Positions 6,755 through 15,373 of a stretch of DNA of 18,105 nt are shown piece after piece. Both the position numbers and the translations under genes were made by a program. Source of the stretch: Elusimicrobiota bacterium (GTDB taxonomy: Bacteria > CG03 > SLGR01 > JBDRKX01); contig JBDRKX010000038.1 in NCBI GenBank assembly GCA_043813605.1, forward strand, positions 1 through 18,105, given 5' to 3'. The notes under the pieces were generated by a model. It searched no databases, was not told the DNA's origin, and was given only the letters and a program-made list of their open reading frames with translations. Position 1 is the stretch's first letter. Every line of letters starts with the position of its first letter.

Positions 6755-9372
6755 AAAGTATAGTATCATCAATTTTGTTTTTAATGTCTGTTCTGGTATT
6801 TTCTAATGATACGGCAGCAGGAAAGGATGTATCCAACATGAAAAATAATATCAAAGTAAAAGATATGCCCAATGGCCTAAAGGCCGCCGTGTGGGAAGAC
6901 CACAGGTCGGATGTGGTTGAAATAAGGCTGTATGTGAAGACAGGAAGCGTATACGAACAGGAATTCTCCGGTTCGGGTATATCCCATTTCCTTGAACATG
7001 TAGCTTCTGAGGGGCCTACAGGAAAAAGAACAAAAAAAGAAGTTGATGACCTGATGAAGAAGTTCGGGGATGCCTATAACGCATATACGTCAAAAGACCA
7101 TACCTGTTATCATGTTACTACGGTGAGAGAATACGGTATGGAGGCGGCTGCGCTCCTCGGAGAACTTGTTTTCGATAACATCATCAACGAAGAGGCGTAT
7201 AAGCGGGAAAAGGGGGTCATACTCAGGGAAATAGAAAAATCCGATGAAGAACCCAATAGGTATATGTACAAACTGGAGAGTGAGAACCTGTATACCGTAC
7301 ACCCGGCAAGATTTCCCGTAATAGGATACCGTGAACTTTTTGAAAAGATATCCTTAGATAATCTCGTGTCGTACTACAGGACAAAATACACACCGAATAA
7401 TGCTGTACTGGTTATAGGGGGCGATGTAGATACAGCTGAAACATTTGATTTTATCAGCAGGACATACGGAGTATATGAAAGGAATTTCTATACCATACCG
7501 GCATTGCCGGCGGAACCTTCTGTCTTGAGTATGCGGGAGAGTACGGGACAGATGGATGTTGACGGGGCATACCTTAATATGTCGTGGCTTACGATACCGC
7601 TTGACCATCCTGACCTCTACGCGCTGGACCTTTTGAGCGAAGTGCTGAGTTCCGGCAGGAATGCCATACTTAACAGGGTATTGAAAGAAGAAAAAGAGAT
7701 CGTAAATAAAACAGATTCGTATTCCAATACGCCTGTTTACGGTAAAGGACAGTTTACGATAACAGCGCGCTTAAAAGCCGATGCCGTTTATGAGGCAGAA
7801 AACGCGATACTGGATATTATCTCAGGTATCCGTGACAAAGGGATAAATCAGGATGACCTGGAAAGGGCAAAAAAACTTGCTGTCTCGTCATATCTGTTCA
7901 GTATGACATCCGTGTCCGGTAATACATCGAGAATAGGGATGGACCTGATATCAACGGGGGATCCGGATTATTCCCGGGAATATGTAGAAAAGCTGAACCG
8001 CGTCAGCAGGGAAGATGTGAAAAACGCGGCCCTTCTTTACCTTACTCCGCAGTATGTAAAAACTGTCGTACTGCCTGTTGAAGAAGAAGAAATCACTGCC
8101 GGCAGTTCCCGGGATACGGAAATGGTTCCCGAGAGCATTGTCCTGAATAACGGTATCAGGGTTATCCTTACCAGGATCGCCGGGATATCCGTTATAGAAT
8201 ATACCGTGTTTTTAAAAGGCGGGCAGACTTATGACGGTGTTTACAAAAAACCCGGCCTTTCCAGTTTCCTCGGTTCGGCCATGTCCAGGGGCACGCTTAA
8301 AAGATCAAGGGAAGAGCTGGCGGACGAGTTCGAGAAAAGAGGAGCGGGGTTCTCTACTTCTTCGGGTAACAACACGTTCTACCTTAAGGCGGAATCATTG
8401 AAAGAAGATTACAGGGAGATACTGCGTCTTTTAAAAGAGATACTGATGGAACCGGCTTTCGACGATGAAGAGATGAGAAAACTGAAAAAGTTCACCGTAC
8501 AGGCGATAGAACAGCAAAAGGACAGCTGGCAGAAAGAAGCTTATCTGAATTTCAAAAAACACATCTTTCCGGAAGACACACCTTATACGGAGAGCGAACT
8601 GGGCACAGCCGGCGTTGTCGAGGATATAAAAAGGGAAGATCTGATAGAGATCCACAGCGGGTTTTTTGTGCCGGGCAATATGGTGGTGTCGATCGCGGGT
8701 GATTTTGAACCGGAAAAAATGAAAGATGAAGTAAAGAAAATATTCTCCGGTATCATTGGTACGGGAAAAGAAATTCCCGATTACAAGGAGAGTATTTTAA
8801 AGACACCCGTCGCCGTTACCGAAAATTACAAGACAGGCAAAGACATGGCGGTTGTCTTCCGCGGGTATCCTACTGTCATCCTGACGGAAATCGGGGAGAG
8901 GGTAGTGCTGGACATAATAGACGCGGTCATATCGGGACACGGGTACCCGGGCGGGTGGCTCCATGAAAGGCTAAGGGGAAAAGAACTCGTTTATGTAGTA
9001 CATGCGTATAACCTTAATCTCATAAAGTCAGGGTGTTTTGCAATGTTCGCGGCTACAAACCCGGCTCAGCTCGAAGAGACGCTGGATGTGATAGACGGTG
9101 TTTTTAATGACCTGGTCAGCGGGAAATACACTAAAAGCGAGATCGAAACCGCCAAAAACCAGATAATGATAATGGACAGGGTGGAAAAACAGTCGCCGGG
9201 AGCGATAGCCGAGGGTTTTGCGTTGAACGAGGTATTCGGTTTCGGTTACGATTTTGATAAAAAGTATATCGAGATGATCAGGAATACTACGCGCGAAGAT
9301 ATCGACCGTGTGGTAAAAAAATATTTTTCCGATCAGGAACCTGTTACAGTAATAACTTCTCCCGCGCGCTGA
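6736..9372 (+). CDS. M16 family (pitrilysin/insulinase) zinc metallopeptidase, fused two-half form
   Basis: Inverted zinc motif HFLEH, NAYTS-x-D-x-T-x-Y, EKGVILRE and Y-x-P-x-N; second half has no HxxEH but carries an R/Y-type motif (RLRGKELVY). Start uncertain: 6736, 6751 or 6838. Confidence 0.92.
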   Translation: MSRLPLKSIVSSILFLMSVLVFSNDTAAGKDVSNMKNNIKVKDMPNGLKAAVWEDHRSDVVEIRLYVKTGSVYEQEFSGSGISHFLEHVASEGPTGKRTKKEVDDLMKKFGDAYNAYTSKDHTCYHVTTVREYGMEAAALLGELVFDNIINEEAYKREKGVILREIEKSDEEPNRYMYKLESENLYTVHPARFPVIGYRELFEKISLDNLVSYYRTKYTPNNAVLVIGGDVDTAETFDFISRTYGVYERNFYTIPALPAEPSVLSMRESTGQMDVDGAYLNMSWLTIPLDHPDLYALDLLSEVLSSGRNAILNRVLKEEKEIVNKTDSYSNTPVYGKGQFTITARLKADAVYEAENAILDIISGIRDKGINQDDLERAKKLAVSSYLFSMTSVSGNTSRIGMDLISTGDPDYSREYVEKLNRVSREDVKNAALLYLTPQYVKTVVLPVEEEEITAGSSRDTEMVPESIVLNNGIRVILTRIAGISVIEYTVFLKGGQTYDGVYKKPGLSSFLGSAMSRGTLKRSREELADEFEKRGAGFSTSSGNNTFYLKAESLKEDYREILRLLKEILMEPAFDDEEMRKLKKFTVQAIEQQKDSWQKEAYLNFKKHIFPEDTPYTESELGTAGVVEDIKREDLIEIHSGFFVPGNMVVSIAGDFEPEKMKDEVKKIFSGIIGTGKEIPDYKESILKTPVAVTENYKTGKDMAVVFRGYPTVILTEIGERVVLDIIDAVISGHGYPGGWLHERLRGKELVYVVHAYNLNLIKSGCFAMFAATNPAQLEETLDVIDGVFNDLVSGKYTKSEIETAKNQIMIMDRVEKQSPGAIAEGFALNEVFGFGYDFDKKYIEMIRNTTREDIDRVVKKYFSDQEPVTVITSPAR

Positions 9373-9385
9373 TATATCAGCGCGC
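9364..9385. terminator. Perfect 22-bp palindrome at a convergent gene junction; probable terminator hairpin
   Basis: GCGCGCTGATATATCAGCGCGC is its own reverse complement and is followed by TTTAT on the + strand. Confidence 0.6.
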
Positions 9386-10579
9386 TTTATACATCGCTAT
9401 TCCTGAGGGTACTTTGGGATAGAAGAAAGTCGATTTTCTCGGCATTGTAAGGCCTTTATCGGATACTCCCGTTATGTCACTGAACTCCGGCGGGTTCAGC
9501 GCGAATCCAAGCTGGTATTTTCCTTCTCGAACCGGTTTGAATATCTCTTCAATATCCGTGTCGCCGGAAAAATAATGTATGTAATCGCCGCTTTTTATCT
9601 TATCCTCGTCAAGCCCGAGAAAAGGCTCAAGTATGGAGTTGTGAAGCAGTTCAACATCAAGCGCGGCGTTGTTCTCTTTCGGGGTCAGGACATAATATGT
9701 ATCGCAGAGGAACATCCCGATGGACCCTTTAGGCGGCGCTTTGGGGATGCCGGCATGTTTGTCAACAGAAAAGAGTGATCTGACCTTTTCAGGGAGCGCC
9801 CCTGTAATAGCGGGGTCCAGATCTTTGATGAGCCTGTGGTAGGGAAGTATCGTGATCTCGGAGTCCGGTACTATGAACATCAGCGTATATTCAAAAGTGT
9901 CTTCTCCGGCAGACGATGCAGCAGAGTTCCGGCAGAAATTCCTGAAATCGAGCATGGTCTGGTATCTGTGATGGCCGTCGGCGATGTAAAGATGTTTTTC
10001 TTCTATCATTGAGAGGATGTCAGTGTTTTCGGAAAAAAAGAGCCTGTTGCGGATCGATCCGGGAAAAACACAGTCATACAGGAGCGTCCCGCCAGAACTC
10101 TTTTCATCGGTTATCATGCCGGAAACCGTGCTGTCAGTATCATTGAAAACCACGAAGATCGAACCGATGTTCAGACCGGTACTCTTTGTGAGCTTGAACC
10201 TGTCAGTGATAGGCCCTTTTTTTGTCTTCTCGTGCGGCCTTATCTTATCATAGGTCTCGTCCAGTTTTACCACAGCGAGTATTCCTGTACGGGAAGAGCC
10301 GCCCCATGATTGTTCCAGTATATAGATACCTTCTTTTGCGTCTTCTATTAGCGTTCCGTTATCGATAAAATTTTTTAATACCGAAGCGGCGTTCTCGTAT
10401 TTACTGTCTCCTTCACCTTCGGGTTTCTGTATATGCACTATATTATAAGGATTTGACCTCAGTTTACTATCGGTGTCGTCTCCGTAGTTGAATACATCAT
10501 ACGGCGGCGCAATGCAGTTCTCTATTTTAACCATATCCGAATTAAACCGTATTCCCTTAAAATGTTTTATAATGTTCAT
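9377..10579 (-). CDS. DUF1015 family protein
   Basis: Motifs APPYDV, PYNIVH, IRPHEKT, YIADGHHRY, ILPYHR and MPRKSTFFYPKVPSG; SD GAAGGTG upstream. Confidence 0.88.
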   Translation of the reverse strand: MNIIKHFKGIRFNSDMVKIENCIAPPYDVFNYGDDTDSKLRSNPYNIVHIQKPEGEGDSKYENAASVLKNFIDNGTLIEDAKEGIYILEQSWGGSSRTGILAVVKLDETYDKIRPHEKTKKGPITDRFKLTKSTGLNIGSIFVVFNDTDSTVSGMITDEKSSGGTLLYDCVFPGSIRNRLFFSENTDILSMIEEKHLYIADGHHRYQTMLDFRNFCRNSAASSAGEDTFEYTLMFIVPDSEITILPYHRLIKDLDPAITGALPEKVRSLFSVDKHAGIPKAPPKGSIGMFLCDTYYVLTPKENNAALDVELLHNSILEPFLGLDEDKIKSGDYIHYFSGDTDIEEIFKPVREGKYQLGFALNPPEFSDITGVSDKGLTMPRKSTFFYPKVPSGIAMYKAR

Positions 10580-10631
10580 ATTGCACCTTCTATTATTTTT
10601 TTATTCAGTTTAAAAACCAGCATGTAATGTG

Positions 10632-10660
10632 ATTATATATATCTTTAATTATTTCAACAA
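10632..10660 (-). promoter_or_regulatory. Candidate sigma70-type promoter for the DUF1015 gene
   Basis: Minus strand TTGTTG (10660-10655), 17 nt spacer, TATAAT (10637-10632). The region is AT-rich, so a chance match is possible. Confidence 0.5.
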
Positions 10661-12070
10661 ACTTCTTAAAAAAGCAATAACGTTTCGTATCCCTGCGGGA
10701 ATGCCTGCCCGCAGAATATTATATTTGATTCGTGCCGGTGTCATATAAAACATCCAATATCCTAGTTTTTGCAGAAAGATAAGGTCTTTTTTCTTCAGGT
10801 CGTTCACGTCAATGACAGAATTAGCGTATCTTGTATAATGTACGGGGTTCTGTGTTAATAACTTGATGCCACCTTCTCCTCTTTTTGCCATATCGAAGAA
10901 TTCTGTTCCGGGAAAAGGAGTTGCAATATTAATATACATTTGTTTGCATTCCTTTAAATTTCTGGCAAATCGAAGAGTTTCCATGGCTGTTTTTTTAGTT
11001 TCATAAGGAAGACCGATCATTATTGAACCGCGTGTTTCCACTCCGAGTTTAGATGCAATTCTATAAGCTCTTTTAATATCTGTAAGAGTTATACCTTTTT
11101 TTGTCTTTTTCAGAATTTCAGGATTGCCGCTTTCAATACCGACAGACATTCTTGTTAATCCTGATTCTTTCATCAGTGACAGCAATTCCTCATCAATGAT
11201 ATTTGCTCTTGTTACCATTTCCCACTTAAATTTTAAATTTCTGTTTAAGATCCCATTACAGATATCTATTACCCGCTTTTTGTCTGCAGTAAAAGTGTCA
11301 TCATTAAAAAAAACATACTTAATTCCCAGGTTATTAACTATTTCTTCAAATTCATCCAGGACATTATCGGGACTTCTGAACCTTACTCCCCGGCCCCATA
11401 ATGTTTTACTGGCACAAAAGGTGCAGCTAAAAGGGCACCCGCGCGAAGTACTCATATTAGTAACTGGTCGAATACCTTCTCCGGGGACACTGAAATTATA
11501 TTTTTTATACTCCAGAAGAGTACGATCCGGGAACGGGAAAGAATCAATATTTTCAACTTGCTTTCTTGGTGGAGTCTTAATAATATCCCCATTATTCCTG
11601 TATGCTATACCATCAATATTTTTAATAGGCATACCCGAATCAATCGTACTTAGAAGCTCGGTGAAAGTTATTTCCCCTTCACCGATGATACCGTAATCAA
11701 TTGCAGCACAGCTTCTCATTGAATCATCAGGTACAACTGACATATGTACACCGCCGACAATGATTGGGATTTTAAGAGTTTGTTTTATTTCCGCTGCAAT
11801 CTGACCGGCTGCATTGAAATTTGGAGTAACAGAAGTAATGCCGACAGCATCCGGAGAGTACTCAATGACTTTCTGTATATCGTATCCGGAAATTTCTGAA
11901 TCGATTATCTTTACTTCATCATACCCGGAACTTTTCAAAAATGAGGCCAGGTAAATCAGACCTAATGGCGGTATATTTACTCCCACTTTTGAGGCAGGTT
12001 TATATTGACCGTAGATGAAGCGCCACGGTGGATTTATTAAAAGAATTCTCTTCTTAGAAGCTACAGTCAT
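10649..12070 (-). CDS. Cobalamin-binding radical SAM protein (class B methyltransferase-like)
   Basis: N-terminal B12-binding domain (LLINPP, PPLGLIYLASFL, GGVH, GEGE), SRGCPFSCTFC (CxxxCxxC), DDTFT, GIESG, GLPYET and PFPGT. Confidence 0.92.
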   Translation of the reverse strand: MTVASKKRILLINPPWRFIYGQYKPASKVGVNIPPLGLIYLASFLKSSGYDEVKIIDSEISGYDIQKVIEYSPDAVGITSVTPNFNAAGQIAAEIKQTLKIPIIVGGVHMSVVPDDSMRSCAAIDYGIIGEGEITFTELLSTIDSGMPIKNIDGIAYRNNGDIIKTPPRKQVENIDSFPFPDRTLLEYKKYNFSVPGEGIRPVTNMSTSRGCPFSCTFCASKTLWGRGVRFRSPDNVLDEFEEIVNNLGIKYVFFNDDTFTADKKRVIDICNGILNRNLKFKWEMVTRANIIDEELLSLMKESGLTRMSVGIESGNPEILKKTKKGITLTDIKRAYRIASKLGVETRGSIMIGLPYETKKTAMETLRFARNLKECKQMYINIATPFPGTEFFDMAKRGEGGIKLLTQNPVHYTRYANSVIDVNDLKKKDLIFLQKLGYWMFYMTPARIKYNILRAGIPAGIRNVIAFLRSLLK

Positions 12071-14436
12071 TTATTTTTCAATGTGTTGAGTAATTTTTTA
12101 TATTTTTCATCAGGCATTATATTATATGCCATTGTAGCATATTTTTTGGAAGTATTATAATCTCCATTGTAATAGTGACAGACACTGATTAAATAAAAAA
12201 TATTATGGTCAGTAATATTTTTTATTAGCAGGTCGTTTAGTTCAAAGAGAGCATTCTCCCAGTTTTTACTGTTCATATATCTTAATACTGTTTGTAATTT
12301 AAATATTCTGTATGTTTCCTTAGCTGTATTTGCAGGGATATTATGGGCTTCAGCTGCTTCTTTTTCCGATATTATTTCATAAAGGTAAACATCTGAAAAA
12401 GTATATATTAATTTAATATGCTCTCTCCAGAATTCATCAAGTATTGTAAAATCATTTTTTGAGAAATACAGGTTTCCATAACCGGCTGTTCTTATAGTTT
12501 CATAAACATTTACGACTAAATGAGTGTAACGCTGGCTTTTCAGGTTATCATATAATACATCTGCATTATCTGATTGCCGTATATACTCAATTAACGGATT
12601 CAGTCCACCGACCGAAAATGCTGTGAACTTTCTATCTATGTAAAGGCACTTAGCATCGCCAAATATCAGGATTTTTTTGTCATCAGAAAGATTATCATTG
12701 ATATATTTATACACATTATATGATGGGTATGGATAGCCCGGCCTTGAGACTGACAGAAATTCATCTATAGATAAAGAACCGGTTAAAATTGAAAACGGCT
12801 GGTATCCATTAGTGGCAATTGGAATCAGGAAAAAGAAGTTGCTTAAAATCAGAATAAGGAATGCAACTGTAAGTATCTTGCCTAAAAGCTTATTAATCTT
12901 ACCAATATTTATGATAGAATATCCAGCTAAAATACTTATGGCAGGGATAGCGGGTGAATAAAATCTGATTCTGGCAAGTGTAAAAAGCCCCCACAAAACG
13001 TATGAAATAACTGAAAATAAAATTAATTTATAAATAACATATTTATTGTCAATTTTAATAAAGAGCAAGAATGGAATAAATGCTAAAAATATTGCCCCTA
13101 TCATGTGATACTCAGGTGTGCTGTATTTTTTTGTACCTCCGCCCATTGTACTCAGTTCCCATGGAAACGTAAACAGATTTTTGATCTTGTTTGCCAGCGA
13201 TTTATTAATGGCTAGGAAACTACTGTGCTCATCTTTGTTAACATTATGCGGGTATTTTATCTTAAAATGACTGGACATCATCGGATGGACCGGGTTGCCG
13301 GTGACAATATAGTTCCTGATGAGCCATGGTGACAGGACAAGAAAGGAGAGCACCCCCCATAAAAACAGTCTGTTCGTTTTTTTTGAGATCATCATTATAA
13401 CAATGAGTCCCAAGACAAAGAATATCGCTGTATATTTAGTGCCCATGGCAAAACCTGAAAGGATAGCGGATATAACGAGCCATTTACTGCAGTTTTCCTT
13501 ACATATAAGAAAATTGAACATGGCCGCTAAAGATAAAAAAATAAAAAAAGTGACTCCGATATCGTTTGATGCGGACCATGATTTAATGATGATTGTAGGT
13601 GTGAAATAAAATGCAAGGCTGCTAATTATCCCGATTGCGGTGTTCTTAAAATGCTTGTTGCAGAAATACATTATTCCTGTAACCGTTATTATGCCCAGGC
13701 TGAAGTTGATCAGTTTGGCTACCATGTAGCTTTTTAGTATCAGCCCGAAAGTATACAGGACGGATATAGTCATCGGGAAATTGGAATGTGTCTTAAAAGG
13801 CAGAGGAAGGATCCTGTGGTAGAGCTTGAAGTAATTGGCCATTCCTAGATGATAATTCAGGGAATCATAAAATATTTCCGGTGTAAAACTCATTATGAAA
13901 TTGAATATCACCGAAAGGAGCAGTATAAGGAGCGGTATCCTGTTTTCCGGGACGGTTTTCTTAAGAAAATATTTTAGCTCGTCCTTTTTTATCATGCGGC
14001 GGAGAACCCCTATACCCATGACAGACAGTATCAGCCAGATACCGTACATGAAAGATTTATAAAAGAGGCCTAAATATCCGAAAAAAAGTATCAGGTATGC
14101 CAATACGCCGAAACCGATACCGGCAGAAAAGACGAATTCTTCCAGTCCTGATGAAAATTCCATCTTCAATAATCGGGCAGTCAGCTTTCCTGCAAATACA
14201 GCGCCCGAGAAAATACCGGCAGCCAGAACAGCTGATATCAGGTAGTTGATCAAAAGGCCTATAAATACCTGAAAGTTGAATTCGCCCTTTAATTCGAACA
14301 GGCGGGAGAATACAGCGTCGATATGATGGTACTTGAAGAACTGGGTCATGACAATATATAGCCAGATAAAAGAAACGGTATACAGTACGCTCAACGGGAT
14401 ATTCAGCCCGTTATTTATGTGTTTACTTTTTTTCAT
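12067..14436 (-). CDS. Polytopic membrane glycosyltransferase, GT-C fold (ArnT/PMT-like), with soluble C-terminal domain and TPR-like tail
   Basis: Many hydrophobic helices; YDSLNYH loop, GFAMGTKYT, PWLIRNYIVTGNPVHP and RFYSP; helical C-terminus (WENALFELN...YLISVCHYYNGDY...AYNIMP) resembles a TPR. Confidence 0.72.
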   Translation of the reverse strand: MKKSKHINNGLNIPLSVLYTVSFIWLYIVMTQFFKYHHIDAVFSRLFELKGEFNFQVFIGLLINYLISAVLAAGIFSGAVFAGKLTARLLKMEFSSGLEEFVFSAGIGFGVLAYLILFFGYLGLFYKSFMYGIWLILSVMGIGVLRRMIKKDELKYFLKKTVPENRIPLLILLLSVIFNFIMSFTPEIFYDSLNYHLGMANYFKLYHRILPLPFKTHSNFPMTISVLYTFGLILKSYMVAKLINFSLGIITVTGIMYFCNKHFKNTAIGIISSLAFYFTPTIIIKSWSASNDIGVTFFIFLSLAAMFNFLICKENCSKWLVISAILSGFAMGTKYTAIFFVLGLIVIMMISKKTNRLFLWGVLSFLVLSPWLIRNYIVTGNPVHPMMSSHFKIKYPHNVNKDEHSSFLAINKSLANKIKNLFTFPWELSTMGGGTKKYSTPEYHMIGAIFLAFIPFLLFIKIDNKYVIYKLILFSVISYVLWGLFTLARIRFYSPAIPAISILAGYSIINIGKINKLLGKILTVAFLILILSNFFFLIPIATNGYQPFSILTGSLSIDEFLSVSRPGYPYPSYNVYKYINDNLSDDKKILIFGDAKCLYIDRKFTAFSVGGLNPLIEYIRQSDNADVLYDNLKSQRYTHLVVNVYETIRTAGYGNLYFSKNDFTILDEFWREHIKLIYTFSDVYLYEIISEKEAAEAHNIPANTAKETYRIFKLQTVLRYMNSKNWENALFELNDLLIKNITDHNIFYLISVCHYYNGDYNTSKKYATMAYNIMPDEKYKKLLNTLKNK

Positions 14437-15373
14437 AACTCATTTTTTTTGTCAGATAATCTACATCTTCGAGTATTTTTCTGTTTGTGGTGATGAGGTG
14501 CACGATAGAACCTATAAGCAGCATGAAAATGCTGAAACCGCATAACGACAGGCCTACTATCAGTGATTGGATATGGCCTGTCTGCCCGGAGATAGTGAAG
14601 TAAAAATAGAAAAACCTGATGACAAAAAGAACCCCCGGAATACCGCTTAATACGAAGAGCGGCATAAAGAGTTTCAGGGGGTTGTATACAAAGAAAAGCC
14701 TTATTATAGTCAGGGTCGACTTGAATACATATTCGGGGATACTCCGCATCAGGCGAGATTCCCTTAACTTTTTATTAGTATCGACATTAACTGAGACTAT
14801 CTTGAAGTTCATACTGGAAAGCTGGATGATGCTTTCCAGCGTATAGCTGTAGTTTGAGAATATCCTCAGCCTGAGAGAGCTTTCCCTGGAAAAAGCCCGG
14901 AACCCGGATGTGACATCAGATATCTCGTTATTAGAGAGCATATTTACGACTTGTGAGCCTGCTTTCTGGAGCAGTCTTTTTATAAATGAAAAATGCTTTA
15001 TGTTCTGTACCTGCCTGTTGCCTATCACGGCATCAGCCTCTTTGTTGAGAATAGGGGCTATCAGTTTCGGTATGTCTTTTCCGGAGTACTGGTTATCCCC
15101 GTCAGTATTGACGATGATATCGGCTCCGAGGGAAAGGCTCTCGCGTATGCCTGCCATAAAAGCCCTTGCGAGCCCCTTGTGGGAATTGAACTTTACCACT
15201 GACCTGACACGGGCTATGTTTTGTGCCGTATAACATGTAAGATCTGTGGACCCGTCATCGACAACGACTATCTCGATAGTATCGATACCCGGTATTTTTT
15301 CAGGGATATCGTCTATGGTTCCTTTTAATGTTCCTTCTTCATTATAACAGGGTATCTGGACAACTAGCTTCAT
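14423..15373 (-). CDS. Family 2 glycosyltransferase, polyprenol-phosphate sugar synthase type (DPM1/GtrB/ArnC-like)
   Basis: Motifs QIPCYNEE, VVDDGSTD, NTDGDNQY (DxD) and DVTSGFRAFSR; two C-terminal TM helices. Confidence 0.92.
   Translation of the reverse strand: MKLVVQIPCYNEEGTLKGTIDDIPEKIPGIDTIEIVVVDDGSTDLTCYTAQNIARVRSVVKFNSHKGLARAFMAGIRESLSLGADIIVNTDGDNQYSGKDIPKLIAPILNKEADAVIGNRQVQNIKHFSFIKRLLQKAGSQVVNMLSNNEISDVTSGFRAFSRESSLRLRIFSNYSYTLESIIQLSSMNFKIVSVNVDTNKKLRESRLMRSIPEYVFKSTLTIIRLFFVYNPLKLFMPLFVLSGIPGVLFVIRFFYFYFTISGQTGHIQSLIVGLSLCGFSIFMLLIGSIVHLITTNRKILEDVDYLTKKMSYEKK

Noticed and set aside
11124..11696. 190-aa + strand ORF inside the radical SAM gene
   Set aside because: Antisense shadow of a well-supported gene; TTG start and no domain signal.
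14423..14450. A8 and A7 tracts and an in-frame A_AAA_AAG slippery heptamer at the GT2/GT-C junction, suggesting a programmed fusion or phase variation
   Set aside because: GT-C is in the +1 frame; a -1 slip at the heptamer reaches TAA within a few codons and slips at the A8 tract reach TGA. Such tracts are common in this Lys-rich sequence.
10649..15373. Hopanoid-modification interpretation (HpnP/HpnJ-like radical SAM plus glycosyltransferase)
   Set aside because: No squalene-hopene cyclase or other hpn genes in the window, and the GT2 looks like the polyprenol-phosphate type paired with a GT-C.
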